Origin: Acidobacteriota bacterium
Lineage (GTDB): Bacteria > Acidobacteriota > UBA4820 > DSQY01
DNA length: 64,000 bases
NCBI GenBank assembly: GCA_021787565.1
Contig: JAJYLT010000003.1
Span: 79,775-143,774, forward strand
Direction: 5' to 3'
Part shown: one piece after another, positions 32,258 through 40,728 of the stretch
How positions within the stretch are numbered: the first letter of the stretch is position 1
How the letters are laid out: every line of letters starts with the position of its first letter
The notes under the pieces: generated by a model
Seen by the model: the letters and a program-made list of their open reading frames with translations, nothing else
Told to the model about the DNA's origin: nothing
Database searches by the model: none
Made by a program: the position numbers and the translations under genes

Positions 32258-32356
32258 CCCTTCCACCAGACCGAAGACTTCGTGGCCCGCGCGAGCGAGC
32301 GCGCCCGCCATCGCCTGCCCGATGTACCCGCTGGCTCCCGTCACAAAGATCTTCAT
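32258..32356 (-). pseudogene. N-terminal remnant (~33 codons) of an NAD(P)-binding SDR/NmrA-like gene
   Basis: MKIFVTGASGYIGQAMAGALARAGHEVFGLV matches the Rossmann GxxGxxG N-terminus. The downstream frame loses similarity and runs antisense through the bona fide PP2C C-terminus. Confidence 0.5.
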
Positions 32357-32480
32357 GGCGCGTGCCTCCATCGAATGGACGGCCCCTTCCCCGGGATCAG
32401 ACAGGAAGAACGCCGCGGGCGCCCGTTTACATCCTCGCGGGAGGACGCGGTTCCCGCTCCGGCCCTCTCGGGCAGATTTC

Positions 32481-32837
32481 TCACTTTTTCTTATTCTTAC
32501 CGCCGGCCTTGGGCTTCTTGTGGTCGGCGTCACGCAGCACGTCCTCCACCCACGTCAGGGAGGCCATCATGGTGGGGAAGCCCACGGTGGTGCACGCCAT
32601 GAGCACGGCGTGACGGATCTCCGAGGGCTTGACCCCCGCGGCCAGAGACTTTCGCGCCTGGGCGTGGACGGCGCCCTCCAGCCTCGCTCCCATGGCGATG
32701 CCGAGCTTGACGAGGGCCCGCTCCTTCGCCGAGAGGGGGCCCGCCGAATGGCACGCATCCCCGAGCTTTTCATACGCCTCCGCCACGTCGGGGTAGTTCT
32801 CCGTGAATTCGAGGAACGGCTTGGGCAGCTTGGACAT
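32481..32837 (-). CDS. carboxymuconolactone decarboxylase (AhpD-like) family protein
   Basis: 118 aa CMD fold (ALVKLGIAMGARLEGAVHAQ); AAGGAG RBS. Confidence 0.75.
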   Translation of the reverse strand: MSKLPKPFLEFTENYPDVAEAYEKLGDACHSAGPLSAKERALVKLGIAMGARLEGAVHAQARKSLAAGVKPSEIRHAVLMACTTVGFPTMMASLTWVEDVLRDADHKKPKAGGKNKKK

Positions 32838-33089
32838 CGTCATCTCCTTGGAATGGCGAAGGGCCGGGACCATCGGGACGGCGGCCAGCGCGGGCCCCGG
32901 GGGCCATCGGGCGGATTTCCTTTGCTCCCCGACAGTCTCGCTCCGGGCCGCGGCGCCCGTCAAGCCCGCTCTCGGCGTGCTTCCACGCATGCGTCCCATC
33001 GGCGCCGGGACGCGCCTTCCTCCGCTTGGCTCAGGAAGACAGGCTCCTCGAGAGAGGGCTGAAGCTGCCCTGGACAGCCACGAGAACCG

Positions 33090-33317
33090 CTAGGGCTTCT
33101 CGCCAGAGGCTCCGCCGTCCCCCTCCCGGGAGCCGGCTCTCGGGCCCGGGATCTGGAAGCTGCCGTCGAGCCTCGCGACCATCTCCTCGTAGCGCCTCTC
33201 GAGGACCGCCCTCTCCCGCTCGAAATCGGCCTCCGCCAGCTCTCCCGATGCCCTTCGCGATTCCAGCAGGCGCACCTGGTTTTCCAGCCACTGTTCGGGG
33301 TCGAAATTGTAGGTCAC
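33090..33317 (-). CDS. small hypothetical protein (75 aa, charged/coiled-coil-like), GTG start overlapping the upstream stop
   Basis: VTYNFDPEQWLENQVRLLESRRASGELAEADFERERAVLERRYEEMVARLDG...; GTGA overlap with the homocysteine methyltransferase stop. Coding potential judged from composition only. Confidence 0.4.
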   Translation of the reverse strand: MTYNFDPEQWLENQVRLLESRRASGELAEADFERERAVLERRYEEMVARLDGSFQIPGPRAGSREGDGGASGEKP

Positions 33318-34288
33318 GGCGGATCCTCCTCTGCGGAACCACGGGCCAGGGCGCGGATGAGGCGGCCGTCCGTCCCGCAGCAGCCGCCCAGGAGCTTGAG
33401 CCCCCACCGTCGCCGGAGGCCCAGCATCTGCGCGGCGAGAGATTGGGGCGACCCGGAGGCCTCCAGAACGGGGCTTCCGTCCAGCTCTTCGGGGGCCTTG
33501 TCCGAGCTGTTGGCCTGGAGGCCAAGCCACCGCTGGGCGAGCCATTCCGGCCAGAGGCCCTCGGCCCGCGCCACCGCGGAGGGGTGGACGCAGTTCAGGA
33601 GGTAGCCGGCGGGCGGAGGGTCGGCGCTGCCGTCCACGGTTTTCACCGCTTCCGGAAAGGGCGTGCCGTCCAGCAGGCGTCCGTCGGACCGGGTGATGAA
33701 GCTGATCAGGTAGGGCAGACCCGTCTTCGCCATGGCCGATGCCAATCCGGCCGCCTCGGAGAGCGCGGGCAGGGTGGAGGCCAGCAGGCAGTCCGCACCC
33801 GCCTGGGCCAGCTCCGAGGCCTGGGCGCGGTGGAAGCGCGCCGCCTCCTCCGCCGAGAGGGCCTCCTGCGGGCGATAGGCATCCCCCCGGCATCCGATCA
33901 GGCCGCCGACGAAGATCCCGCTTTCCCCCTCTCCGAAAGCTGACCGGAGTCCGTCCAGGAAGCGGAACGCCTCGGCGTTCACGTCGCATCCGGATAAACC
34001 GGAGGCGAGGATGCGCTCCGGGCTGGCCCGCCAGGTGGGCGTGAGGGCCAGCACGGGGAGCCGCGACTCCACTCCGATCTGCATGTATTCGCGGTAGATG
34101 GCGCCCATGGCGGCGCGCCCCTCCTCCGAGTAAAGCAGAGCCGCATTGGCGGCCGGAGAATCCACCGGCAACCGGGTGTCACGGCGAAGCCTCTCCAGGA
34201 CGGCCCCCTCCATCAGGACGAGGCGGCAATCCCGGAGGCACTCGCGAAACGGCCGGCCGGCGCGAGAGGCTTGCGACGCTGGGTTCAT
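33314..34288 (-). CDS. homocysteine S-methyltransferase family protein
   Basis: Pfam S-methyl_trans-like TIM barrel with the zinc-binding GGCCGT motif near the C-terminus. ATG overlaps the upstream stop (ATGA). The 694-aa ORF-track frame is a fused read-through artefact. Confidence 0.8.
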   Translation of the reverse strand: MNPASQASRAGRPFRECLRDCRLVLMEGAVLERLRRDTRLPVDSPAANAALLYSEEGRAAMGAIYREYMQIGVESRLPVLALTPTWRASPERILASGLSGCDVNAEAFRFLDGLRSAFGEGESGIFVGGLIGCRGDAYRPQEALSAEEAARFHRAQASELAQAGADCLLASTLPALSEAAGLASAMAKTGLPYLISFITRSDGRLLDGTPFPEAVKTVDGSADPPPAGYLLNCVHPSAVARAEGLWPEWLAQRWLGLQANSSDKAPEELDGSPVLEASGSPQSLAAQMLGLRRRWGLKLLGGCCGTDGRLIRALARGSAEEDPP

Positions 34289-35628
34289 GACGCACTTCTC
34301 CCGGAGTTTACGAGGCGCCCGGGTGCCGTGGCACGCCGGAACGGAGGCATGAGAAAGAGAACGGCGGCGATGCGGCCGAAGAGGAGGGCTCCCGCGGCGG
34401 CCGTGGCTCCCACCAGCCCCGCCATCCGGATGCCCACGAAGAGAGCGAGCGCGATGCTGGCCACCTCCAGGGCGGTGGCGGAACTGACGGGACGCGTGTT
34501 GCGGGCCGAGACCAGCATGCCGTGCTGGAAGGAGAGGAGCACCGAGAAGGCGGGCATGATGGCCATGATGCGGGTGGGCATGACCGCCACCCGCGCCAGA
34601 TCCCGCGAGAGCCCCGAGAGGTCCTTCAGCCAGAAGCCCAGGAGGGGCGTGAAGGCGATGGCGGCCAGCCCTCCCGCGGCCGCCGCCGCCAGGGTGCTGG
34701 CGAAGCGGCGGAGCGGCCGGTACCCCTCCCGCTGGGGCCCGGCGAGCGCGATGCCCACGTCCTGGAAGGCCAGCCCCAGGCTCCGGAAGATGAACACGAG
34801 CGCGTTCACCACCGGGAGCACGGCCAGGGACTCGATGCCCAGCCGGCTGGAGGGCATGAAGAAGGTGACGAGCGGGTTGACCCCCATGCTCAGGATGGAG
34901 GTGAGGGCCAGGGGCGTATAGAAGTGCCAGATGTAGCGGTAGCTGAGCGGCTCCTGGCCCGCACCGACGGAAGCCGTCCCCTTCATCGCCCGGAGGGGCC
35001 GCCGCGCCATCAACCTGCTGGAGACCGCCTCCACCACGACCCCGGCCGACAAGGAGGCGGCGCCCACCACCGCGCCGGGCGCGTGCCACCCGAGTGAGAG
35101 CAGGAGGGCGACGCCCCCCATGGAGCCCACGCGAAGAGTGGTGCCGTAGGCCACCCGTCGGGCGAGGCCGTTCCGGACGAGGATGCCCTGGTAGAAGCGG
35201 CGGTATCCGATGGATGCGGGCCAGGGCAGGAGGAGCAGGCACGCCAGGTGGGTCAACCCCACGAGGTTCCCAGGAAGTCCCATCAGCCCGCCGGCCAGCC
35301 GCTCGAAGAGCGGAGGCCAAAGGCTGAGGGCCATGACGGCCGTCAGGGCCGCGTTCAGGGAGAAAACGAAATTCCTCAGCTTCAGGTAGGAGGCCCAATC
35401 CTCGGCGAGCGCCGTGGAGGTGCTCATGACCAGGAGGATGGGCGATTCCACGAGGAGGGCCACGGCATAGGCCACGCCGTACGCGGCCAGGTTAAGGGTG
35501 GGGGCCGGCAGCCGGGCGATGACCGCGGCGAGGAAGGGTCCCTCCACCGACATCATCAGCCACGTCCCCGCCAGGGGCGCCCAGAAGGCCAGAATGCGCC
35601 GCTGCGTCAGACTGGAGTCGCCGGCCAC
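34285..35628 (-). CDS. MOP-superfamily (MATE/Wzx-like) polytopic membrane transporter
   Basis: About 12 TM helices and an N-terminal pattern typical of MATE/polysaccharide-flippase proteins. Confidence 0.65.
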   Translation of the reverse strand: MAGDSSLTQRRILAFWAPLAGTWLMMSVEGPFLAAVIARLPAPTLNLAAYGVAYAVALLVESPILLVMSTSTALAEDWASYLKLRNFVFSLNAALTAVMALSLWPPLFERLAGGLMGLPGNLVGLTHLACLLLLPWPASIGYRRFYQGILVRNGLARRVAYGTTLRVGSMGGVALLLSLGWHAPGAVVGAASLSAGVVVEAVSSRLMARRPLRAMKGTASVGAGQEPLSYRYIWHFYTPLALTSILSMGVNPLVTFFMPSSRLGIESLAVLPVVNALVFIFRSLGLAFQDVGIALAGPQREGYRPLRRFASTLAAAAAGGLAAIAFTPLLGFWLKDLSGLSRDLARVAVMPTRIMAIMPAFSVLLSFQHGMLVSARNTRPVSSATALEVASIALALFVGIRMAGLVGATAAAGALLFGRIAAVLFLMPPFRRATAPGRLVNSGRSAS

Positions 35629-35798
35629 GGTCCCCTCCCCGGCGCGCCGTCCCCGACCGGGGATGTCGCGGACCTCACGTTAGCCCGTCCGCGACTCCCG
35701 GGGCAAGACTGATCGGGCCCGTCCTCCATCGGAGAGGGGTCCGCCAGACGGCCAGCACCTCGCCGGGCACCTTTGGGGGATGATCGGACCGGTTCGGG

Positions 35799-36071
35799 TC
35801 AGCTCTCTACGGCCTCGTCCTTCTTGAGCTTTCTCTGGTACGCGCTCTTGCCTTCGGCGTAGGCCTCCTTGATGGCCTGCCTCTGAAGGTCGGCGATCTC
35901 CTTGGCGTGGTCCAGCTCCTCCGCCGCCTTCTCCTTGGCCCGCCTGAGGCCCTCGGCCAGCTTCTTTCTCGTCTCGGTTCCCGAGGCGGGGGCGAGGAGG
36001 AGGGCGGCGACTCCGCCCGCCACCGCGCCCACCAGAAACGCCACCAGAACGTTAGATGTCTCTTTCTTCAT
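35799..36071 (-). CDS. YtxH-like (DUF883/ElaB-like) small membrane-anchored protein
   Basis: 90 aa with an N-terminal TM helix and a charged helical tail; AGGAGG RBS. Confidence 0.7.
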   Translation of the reverse strand: MKKETSNVLVAFLVGAVAGGVAALLLAPASGTETRKKLAEGLRRAKEKAAEELDHAKEIADLQRQAIKEAYAEGKSAYQRKLKKDEAVES

Positions 36072-36498
36072 CGGAATCCTCCTTGTCATCGCGCCGATCA
36101 TGACTTGAGCCCAGGAGAAGGCTCTCCAGGGTCTTGCGCAATCCCGTAACGAGGGCCGCGAGATACCGCACGGGAGCCAGGACCGTGGCCACCTGGGCCA
36201 CCGTATCCAGGGCCACGTCACGCACGGAGCCCGACACCGCGGCCAGGTCCTTCACCACCCCCTCGCTGCCCTCCACCACGCGGCGGGCCGCCGCCAACGT
36301 GACGTCGGCGCTCTCCAGGACCCGCTCGATCCTGGGCGCGATCCCTTCGGCCCGCGAGGCCAGCCTGCGCCAGTCGTCGAGGAGGAGGGAGAGCTTCCGA
36401 AGCACGGCCAGAAAATAGACGAGCGCCCCGAGGCACACGAGCCCGAGTACGAAGAGAAACACGTCCCGCAACGAGAAAGTGATGGTCATGGCGCTCAC
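36052..36498 (-). CDS. DUF948-like membrane protein
   Basis: N-terminal TM helix followed by a helical region. Typical partner of YtxH proteins. Putative promoter TTGCAC-N17-TATCAT at 36578-36606 (minus strand). Confidence 0.65.
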   Translation of the reverse strand: MSAMTITFSLRDVFLFVLGLVCLGALVYFLAVLRKLSLLLDDWRRLASRAEGIAPRIERVLESADVTLAAARRVVEGSEGVVKDLAAVSGSVRDVALDTVAQVATVLAPVRYLAALVTGLRKTLESLLLGSSHDRRDDKEDSDEERDI

Positions 36499-36925
36499 CG
36501 TGCTTTCCCCCGTTCAGAAAGGGCCAGCGCCCCGTGCGGGCCCGGCCGAAAGCCATACTCTAGCGACGCATATGATTATGATAGCCCCCCGCGAGGGTTC
36601 GTGCAATCGGGCCGCCTTGAACTTGCTCGGGCTTCCGATGGTGGGGAGCCGAAAGCGGAGGGGCCGGGGAGCAGCCGTTTTTCCCAAATCCCAAGTCCCA
36701 ATCACCTTCGCGGCGGGCGCTGCGTAGACCCATCCCGGGAGGCGACCGCTGGACCGCCTTCTACAACAAGGCGCTCGGCATTGGTCCGAAGACGCCCGAG
36801 AAGCCGGCCCCAGGCGGGACGGAGACGCCCCCGCTATACAGAGCGGCATAAGTGAAGGCGCATAAGGTGGGCATCGCCGGGGCGATGCCCACCTTACGAG
36901 GCTCTCACCGGGGCCTGGCGCGCTC

Positions 36926-38314
36926 TCACAAGCAGCGCAGGAAGGCGGTCAGGTCGCTTTTCTCCTGGGGCGTAAGGTCGAGCTGTTGGACCAGGTTGAA
37001 GTATTCCACCGTGTCCTCCAGCGTCAGGCACCGTCCGTCGTGAAGGTAGGGCGGCGAATCCCTGACGCCGCGAAGGGGGAAGGTCTTGATGGGACCGTCG
37101 TGGGCCATCATCATGCCGTCCACAAGCTCCTGCTTGTAGAAACGCTCGGCCCGAAGGTTGTGCATGGAGTTGTCCGTGTAGTAGGGTGCCGGGTGGCAGG
37201 AGATGCACCGGGCCTTGCCGTTGAAGAGCGCCTCGCCCCTGATTTCGGAAGGGGTGGCCTTGGCCGTATCCAGCTCGCCGTAGATGTTCAGCTTGGGCGC
37301 GGGAGGGAAGTCCAAGATTTCCATGAACTCCGCCATGAAGTGCACCTGCGAACCCCGTTCCAGCACGTTGACACCCTTCTTAGCGGCCATGCAGATGTCG
37401 CCGTCGAAGTAGGCAGCGCGCTGCTCGAATTCTGTAAAATCCTCCACGGTCTTGAGCGCCCGTTGGGACCCGAAAAGTCTCTGGATGTTCACGCCCCTCA
37501 GCGAGGGTGTGTTGATGCGGTGGCGGAACTCCTGGGGCCGGATGTCTCCCACCAGGTGGGTGGCGCGGTTCGTGTGTCCGTTCACGTGGCAGTCGAAGCA
37601 CGTCACCCCGAGCATTCCGTCGGCTCGGTCCGTTCGGCGGTCCTCCGTGGCGTTGAACTGCTGCTGGGGGAACTGCGTGAGCAGGAGCCGGAGGCCCTCG
37701 ATCTGCTTGGGGTTGAGAATGCCGTTGAAGATTTCGTAGAAGTTGTTGATCGTGATAACCCGCCCCTTGGCCACGTCGCCCAGGTCGGGACGAGTCGTGA
37801 GGTAGATGGCCGGCGCGACGTCGGGCAGGACCGCCTCGGGCAGGTCGAAATCCACGTCGAACCGCACGAGTCTCGGAAGAAGTTTGATCGTCATTGGGGG
37901 GAATAGCATCCCCCCCTCGGCGTGGTCGGGAAAGGGCAGGGGCGGGTAGGGGAAAATTCCCTTCTCTCGAATCTGCGCGGGCGTCATCTTGCCGAGTTGC
38001 TCCCACGTTACCCCGACCAGCTTCGCCGTGGGTCCGACGGGCAGCGCCTTGCCGCCCGACATCTTGGCCGATGGGTCCGTCTTGATGTCGAGGTTGTACC
38101 TGGCCGCGAGGAGATCGGCGTGGGCCTTGGCGCGCTCCGCCTTAACGGCCATGCGCCCTGCCTTGATCTGCTCGAAGGTCTGGGTCTGATCGGTGGGCCC
38201 GTAGCTGGAGACCACCGATCCCTGCTGGGCGACGAGCGCGAGCGAAATCAGCCCGCCGGCGGCAAGGACACCTGCCACCAGCCCGCGCCAACGAGTGAAA
38301 CGCGTCATGTTCAT
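36926..38314 (-). CDS. di-heme cytochrome c peroxidase family protein (CCP/MauG-like)
   Basis: Signal peptide and two CxxCH motifs (CFDCH, CISCH). Confidence 0.85.
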   Translation of the reverse strand: MNMTRFTRWRGLVAGVLAAGGLISLALVAQQGSVVSSYGPTDQTQTFEQIKAGRMAVKAERAKAHADLLAARYNLDIKTDPSAKMSGGKALPVGPTAKLVGVTWEQLGKMTPAQIREKGIFPYPPLPFPDHAEGGMLFPPMTIKLLPRLVRFDVDFDLPEAVLPDVAPAIYLTTRPDLGDVAKGRVITINNFYEIFNGILNPKQIEGLRLLLTQFPQQQFNATEDRRTDRADGMLGVTCFDCHVNGHTNRATHLVGDIRPQEFRHRINTPSLRGVNIQRLFGSQRALKTVEDFTEFEQRAAYFDGDICMAAKKGVNVLERGSQVHFMAEFMEILDFPPAPKLNIYGELDTAKATPSEIRGEALFNGKARCISCHPAPYYTDNSMHNLRAERFYKQELVDGMMMAHDGPIKTFPLRGVRDSPPYLHDGRCLTLEDTVEYFNLVQQLDLTPQEKSDLTAFLRCL

Positions 38315-38772
38315 GAAGAATCCCTCCCTGGGATACGGTCTACCGCCTGCTTGTAGAAATACCCAAGCGCACTGCGAGCGCCCTACCTCCCTTCGGCGCT
38401 GGACTCAGGCCTGCGCCGCCGGGTGCGCCGCAGCGGCGCCGCGTCTCTCCTCGATCTCCCCCGGCGGACCTCCTACCGGAGGAAGCGTGCGAGGCTCTCA
38501 GTAGCCTGCTAACAACAGCAAGTTGTGTGGCCTCCGTGCAGAGCCAATATAGCCCCCCGTGCCGGCGTGGGCAAGAACCGCAGTCGCGTCCTCCGGCAGG
38601 ACCGAGGGGACGCATTCCCACCTCCCCGGGTGCTTTGCTCACCCCCCCGGCGGGGAGGGCATCAAGGGGTGACATTTCTCGCCGGACGCGGTAAGGTTCC
38701 AACGTTGGGGTGCGGGGTCCCGGGGGTCCGGTGCCGTTGGTGCGCAAGCCCCGAGAAGGAGCGCGTTGCGCC

Positions 38773-39264
38773 ATGGCCGAACCCATGAAGATCGCCCAGG
38801 ATTGCGTGGTCACCATCGACTACACCCTCACCGACGACGCCGGCGCCGTCATCGACAGCAGCTCGGACGGCGAGCCCCTCACCTACCTCCACGGCCACTC
38901 CCAGATCATCCCCGGCCTCGAAAAGGCGCTCGAGGGGAAGGTCAAGGGCGAGAAGCACCAGATGCACGTCCCGGCCTCCGAAGGTTACGGCGACCACGAC
39001 CCCGAGAAGGTCTTCACCGAGCCGCGCGACCGCTTCGACTTCGAGGTGGAGGCCGGCCAGATCCTTCAGGCCCACGGCGAGGACGGCGAGACCCTCACCT
39101 TCCAGGTCGTCGAGGTCAGCGACCAGGGGGTGAAGCTCGACGGAAACCATCCCCTGGCCGGCAAGAACCTCAACTTCGACGTGACCGTCATCGAGGTCCG
39201 CGGCGCCGCCGCCGAGGAGCTGGAGCACGGCCACGCCCACTCGGGCGACGGCCACCACCACTGA
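38773..39264 (+). CDS. slyD: FKBP-type peptidyl-prolyl cis-trans isomerase SlyD with His-rich metal-binding tail
   Basis: FKBP domain plus IF insertion and the C-terminal HGHAHSGDGHHH tail. Confidence 0.9.
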   Translation: MAEPMKIAQDCVVTIDYTLTDDAGAVIDSSSDGEPLTYLHGHSQIIPGLEKALEGKVKGEKHQMHVPASEGYGDHDPEKVFTEPRDRFDFEVEAGQILQAHGEDGETLTFQVVEVSDQGVKLDGNHPLAGKNLNFDVTVIEVRGAAAEELEHGHAHSGDGHHH

Positions 39265-39275
39265 GGGAGCCTGCG

Positions 39276-40070
39276 ATGAGCGCCCCGCCCTTGCGCATCC
39301 CCTTCTACCAGGTGGACGCCTTCACGAGCCGCCTCTTCGGGGGCAACCCGGCGGGCGTCTGCCTGCTCGATAGCTGGCTCCCCGCGGAGGTCATGCGGGC
39401 CGTCGCCGCCGAGAACAACCTCTCGGAGACGGCCTTCCTCGTGAAGGAGGGCGACGGCTGGGGCCTGCGCTGGTTCACCCCCGAGGTGGAGGTGGACCTG
39501 TGCGGCCACGCCACCCTGGCGAGCGGCTTCGTGTTGCTGAAGGTCCTGCGCGAGGCGGCGGGCACGGTGCGCTTCTCCACCCAGAGCGGCCCCCTCGCCG
39601 TGAGCGAGGAGGGGGATCTCCTCTCCATGGACTTCCCCTCCCGGCCGGGCGGGCCCTGCGAGGCTCCCCGCCAGCTCCTCGACGGGCTGGGCCTCGCCTC
39701 GGCCGAGGTGAGGCGTTCCCGGGATTATCTCGTCGTGATCGAGACCGAGGAGCAGGTCCGCGCGCTGAGGCCCGACATGGGCAAGCTCGCCGGCCTGGGG
39801 GCCTTGGGGATCATCGTCACGGCCCCGGGACGCGCCTGCGACTTCGTCTCGCGCTTCTTCGCCCCCGACGCCGGCGTCCCGGAGGACCCGGTCACCGGCT
39901 CGGCCCACTGCACCCTCGTCCCCTACTGGTCGCACCGCCTGGGGAAGAAGCGGCTGCACGCCCTCCAGGTCTCCGCCCGAGGCGGTGAGCTCTTCTGCGA
40001 AGACCGCGGCGAGAGGGTCTGTATCGCGGGAACCGCGGCCCTCTATCTCCAGGGCCACATCCTGCTCTAA
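39276..40070 (+). CDS. PhzF-family phenazine biosynthesis-like isomerase
   Basis: FTSRLFGGNPAGVCLLDSWLP...ETAFL and the PhzF/DAP-epimerase-like fold. Confidence 0.85.
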   Translation: MSAPPLRIPFYQVDAFTSRLFGGNPAGVCLLDSWLPAEVMRAVAAENNLSETAFLVKEGDGWGLRWFTPEVEVDLCGHATLASGFVLLKVLREAAGTVRFSTQSGPLAVSEEGDLLSMDFPSRPGGPCEAPRQLLDGLGLASAEVRRSRDYLVVIETEEQVRALRPDMGKLAGLGALGIIVTAPGRACDFVSRFFAPDAGVPEDPVTGSAHCTLVPYWSHRLGKKRLHALQVSARGGELFCEDRGERVCIAGTAALYLQGHILL

Positions 40071-40098
40071 CGCCCATTCACGACCGAAGGCTCGCTCC

Positions 40099-40336
40099 GG
40101 CCTTCCGGCGAAGCGAGGAAGGCCCGTCGCTTTGCACGGGGCACCCCCATGTGACGGGCGACCCGGTGCCGCTGGCCCTCCGGCGAAGCGAGGAGGGCCC
40201 CTCCCCGTTCCCTCGCTCCCCTTCCCCTGGCGCCGTGCCATTCGCTTTCCGCCAAAGGCGGAAAGCGGCGCCGCGCGGATTGGGCCTTGGGCAAGGAAGC
40301 CGAGGCGGCCGCGACGCAGGCGTACTGGACGTACGC
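40099..40336. repeat. cluster of GC-rich hairpins including two copies of a REP-like hairpin with a compensatory stem change
   Basis: GGCCTTCC-ggcgaagcga-GGAAGGCC (40099-40124) and GGCCCTCC-ggcgaagcga-GGAGGGCC (40174-40199). Also CTTTCCGCC-aaa-GGCGGAAAG (40245-40265) and GCGTAC-tggac-GTACGC (40320-40336). Confidence 0.6.
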
Positions 40337-40728
40337 CGAGGAGCGAGGCGCCGAAGGCTGACGCAGATCCAAGGTCCGAGACTCGCGGCGCACCCATGGA
40401 GGGGGGGTGGGGCCTCCCATCCCAGACACGAGAGCCGGCCGCCCGAAGGGCGTGCCAGGACGCGCGCGGCGGCGGGGAGAAAGGCGCGGGAATCCAAGTC
40501 GCCGGGACCCCGTGTCGGGAGACCGCTGGAGGAGGCCACGGGGTGACGCTTCATGACAGAGCGCCTTTCGCTCCCGGCGACGCCGCGTCCTGGCCAGGGC
40601 GCCGAAGGCGCCCGGCCGGCTCGCCCCGGTGAGAGGGAGCGCCCTTGACGAATCGCGCTCTGGAGAGCGCTCCTACGGGAACGGGATCTCGCGCCGGAAG
40701 TGCACAGGTGCGTGAGTGCCGCCCCTCC

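Noticed and set aside
32048-32533. 161-aa ORF beginning MKIFVTGASGYIG as an intact SDR/epimerase gene
   Set aside because: Only about 33 N-terminal residues resemble an SDR. The rest runs antisense through the conserved PP2C C-terminus and has no SDR motifs. It is called a gene remnant.
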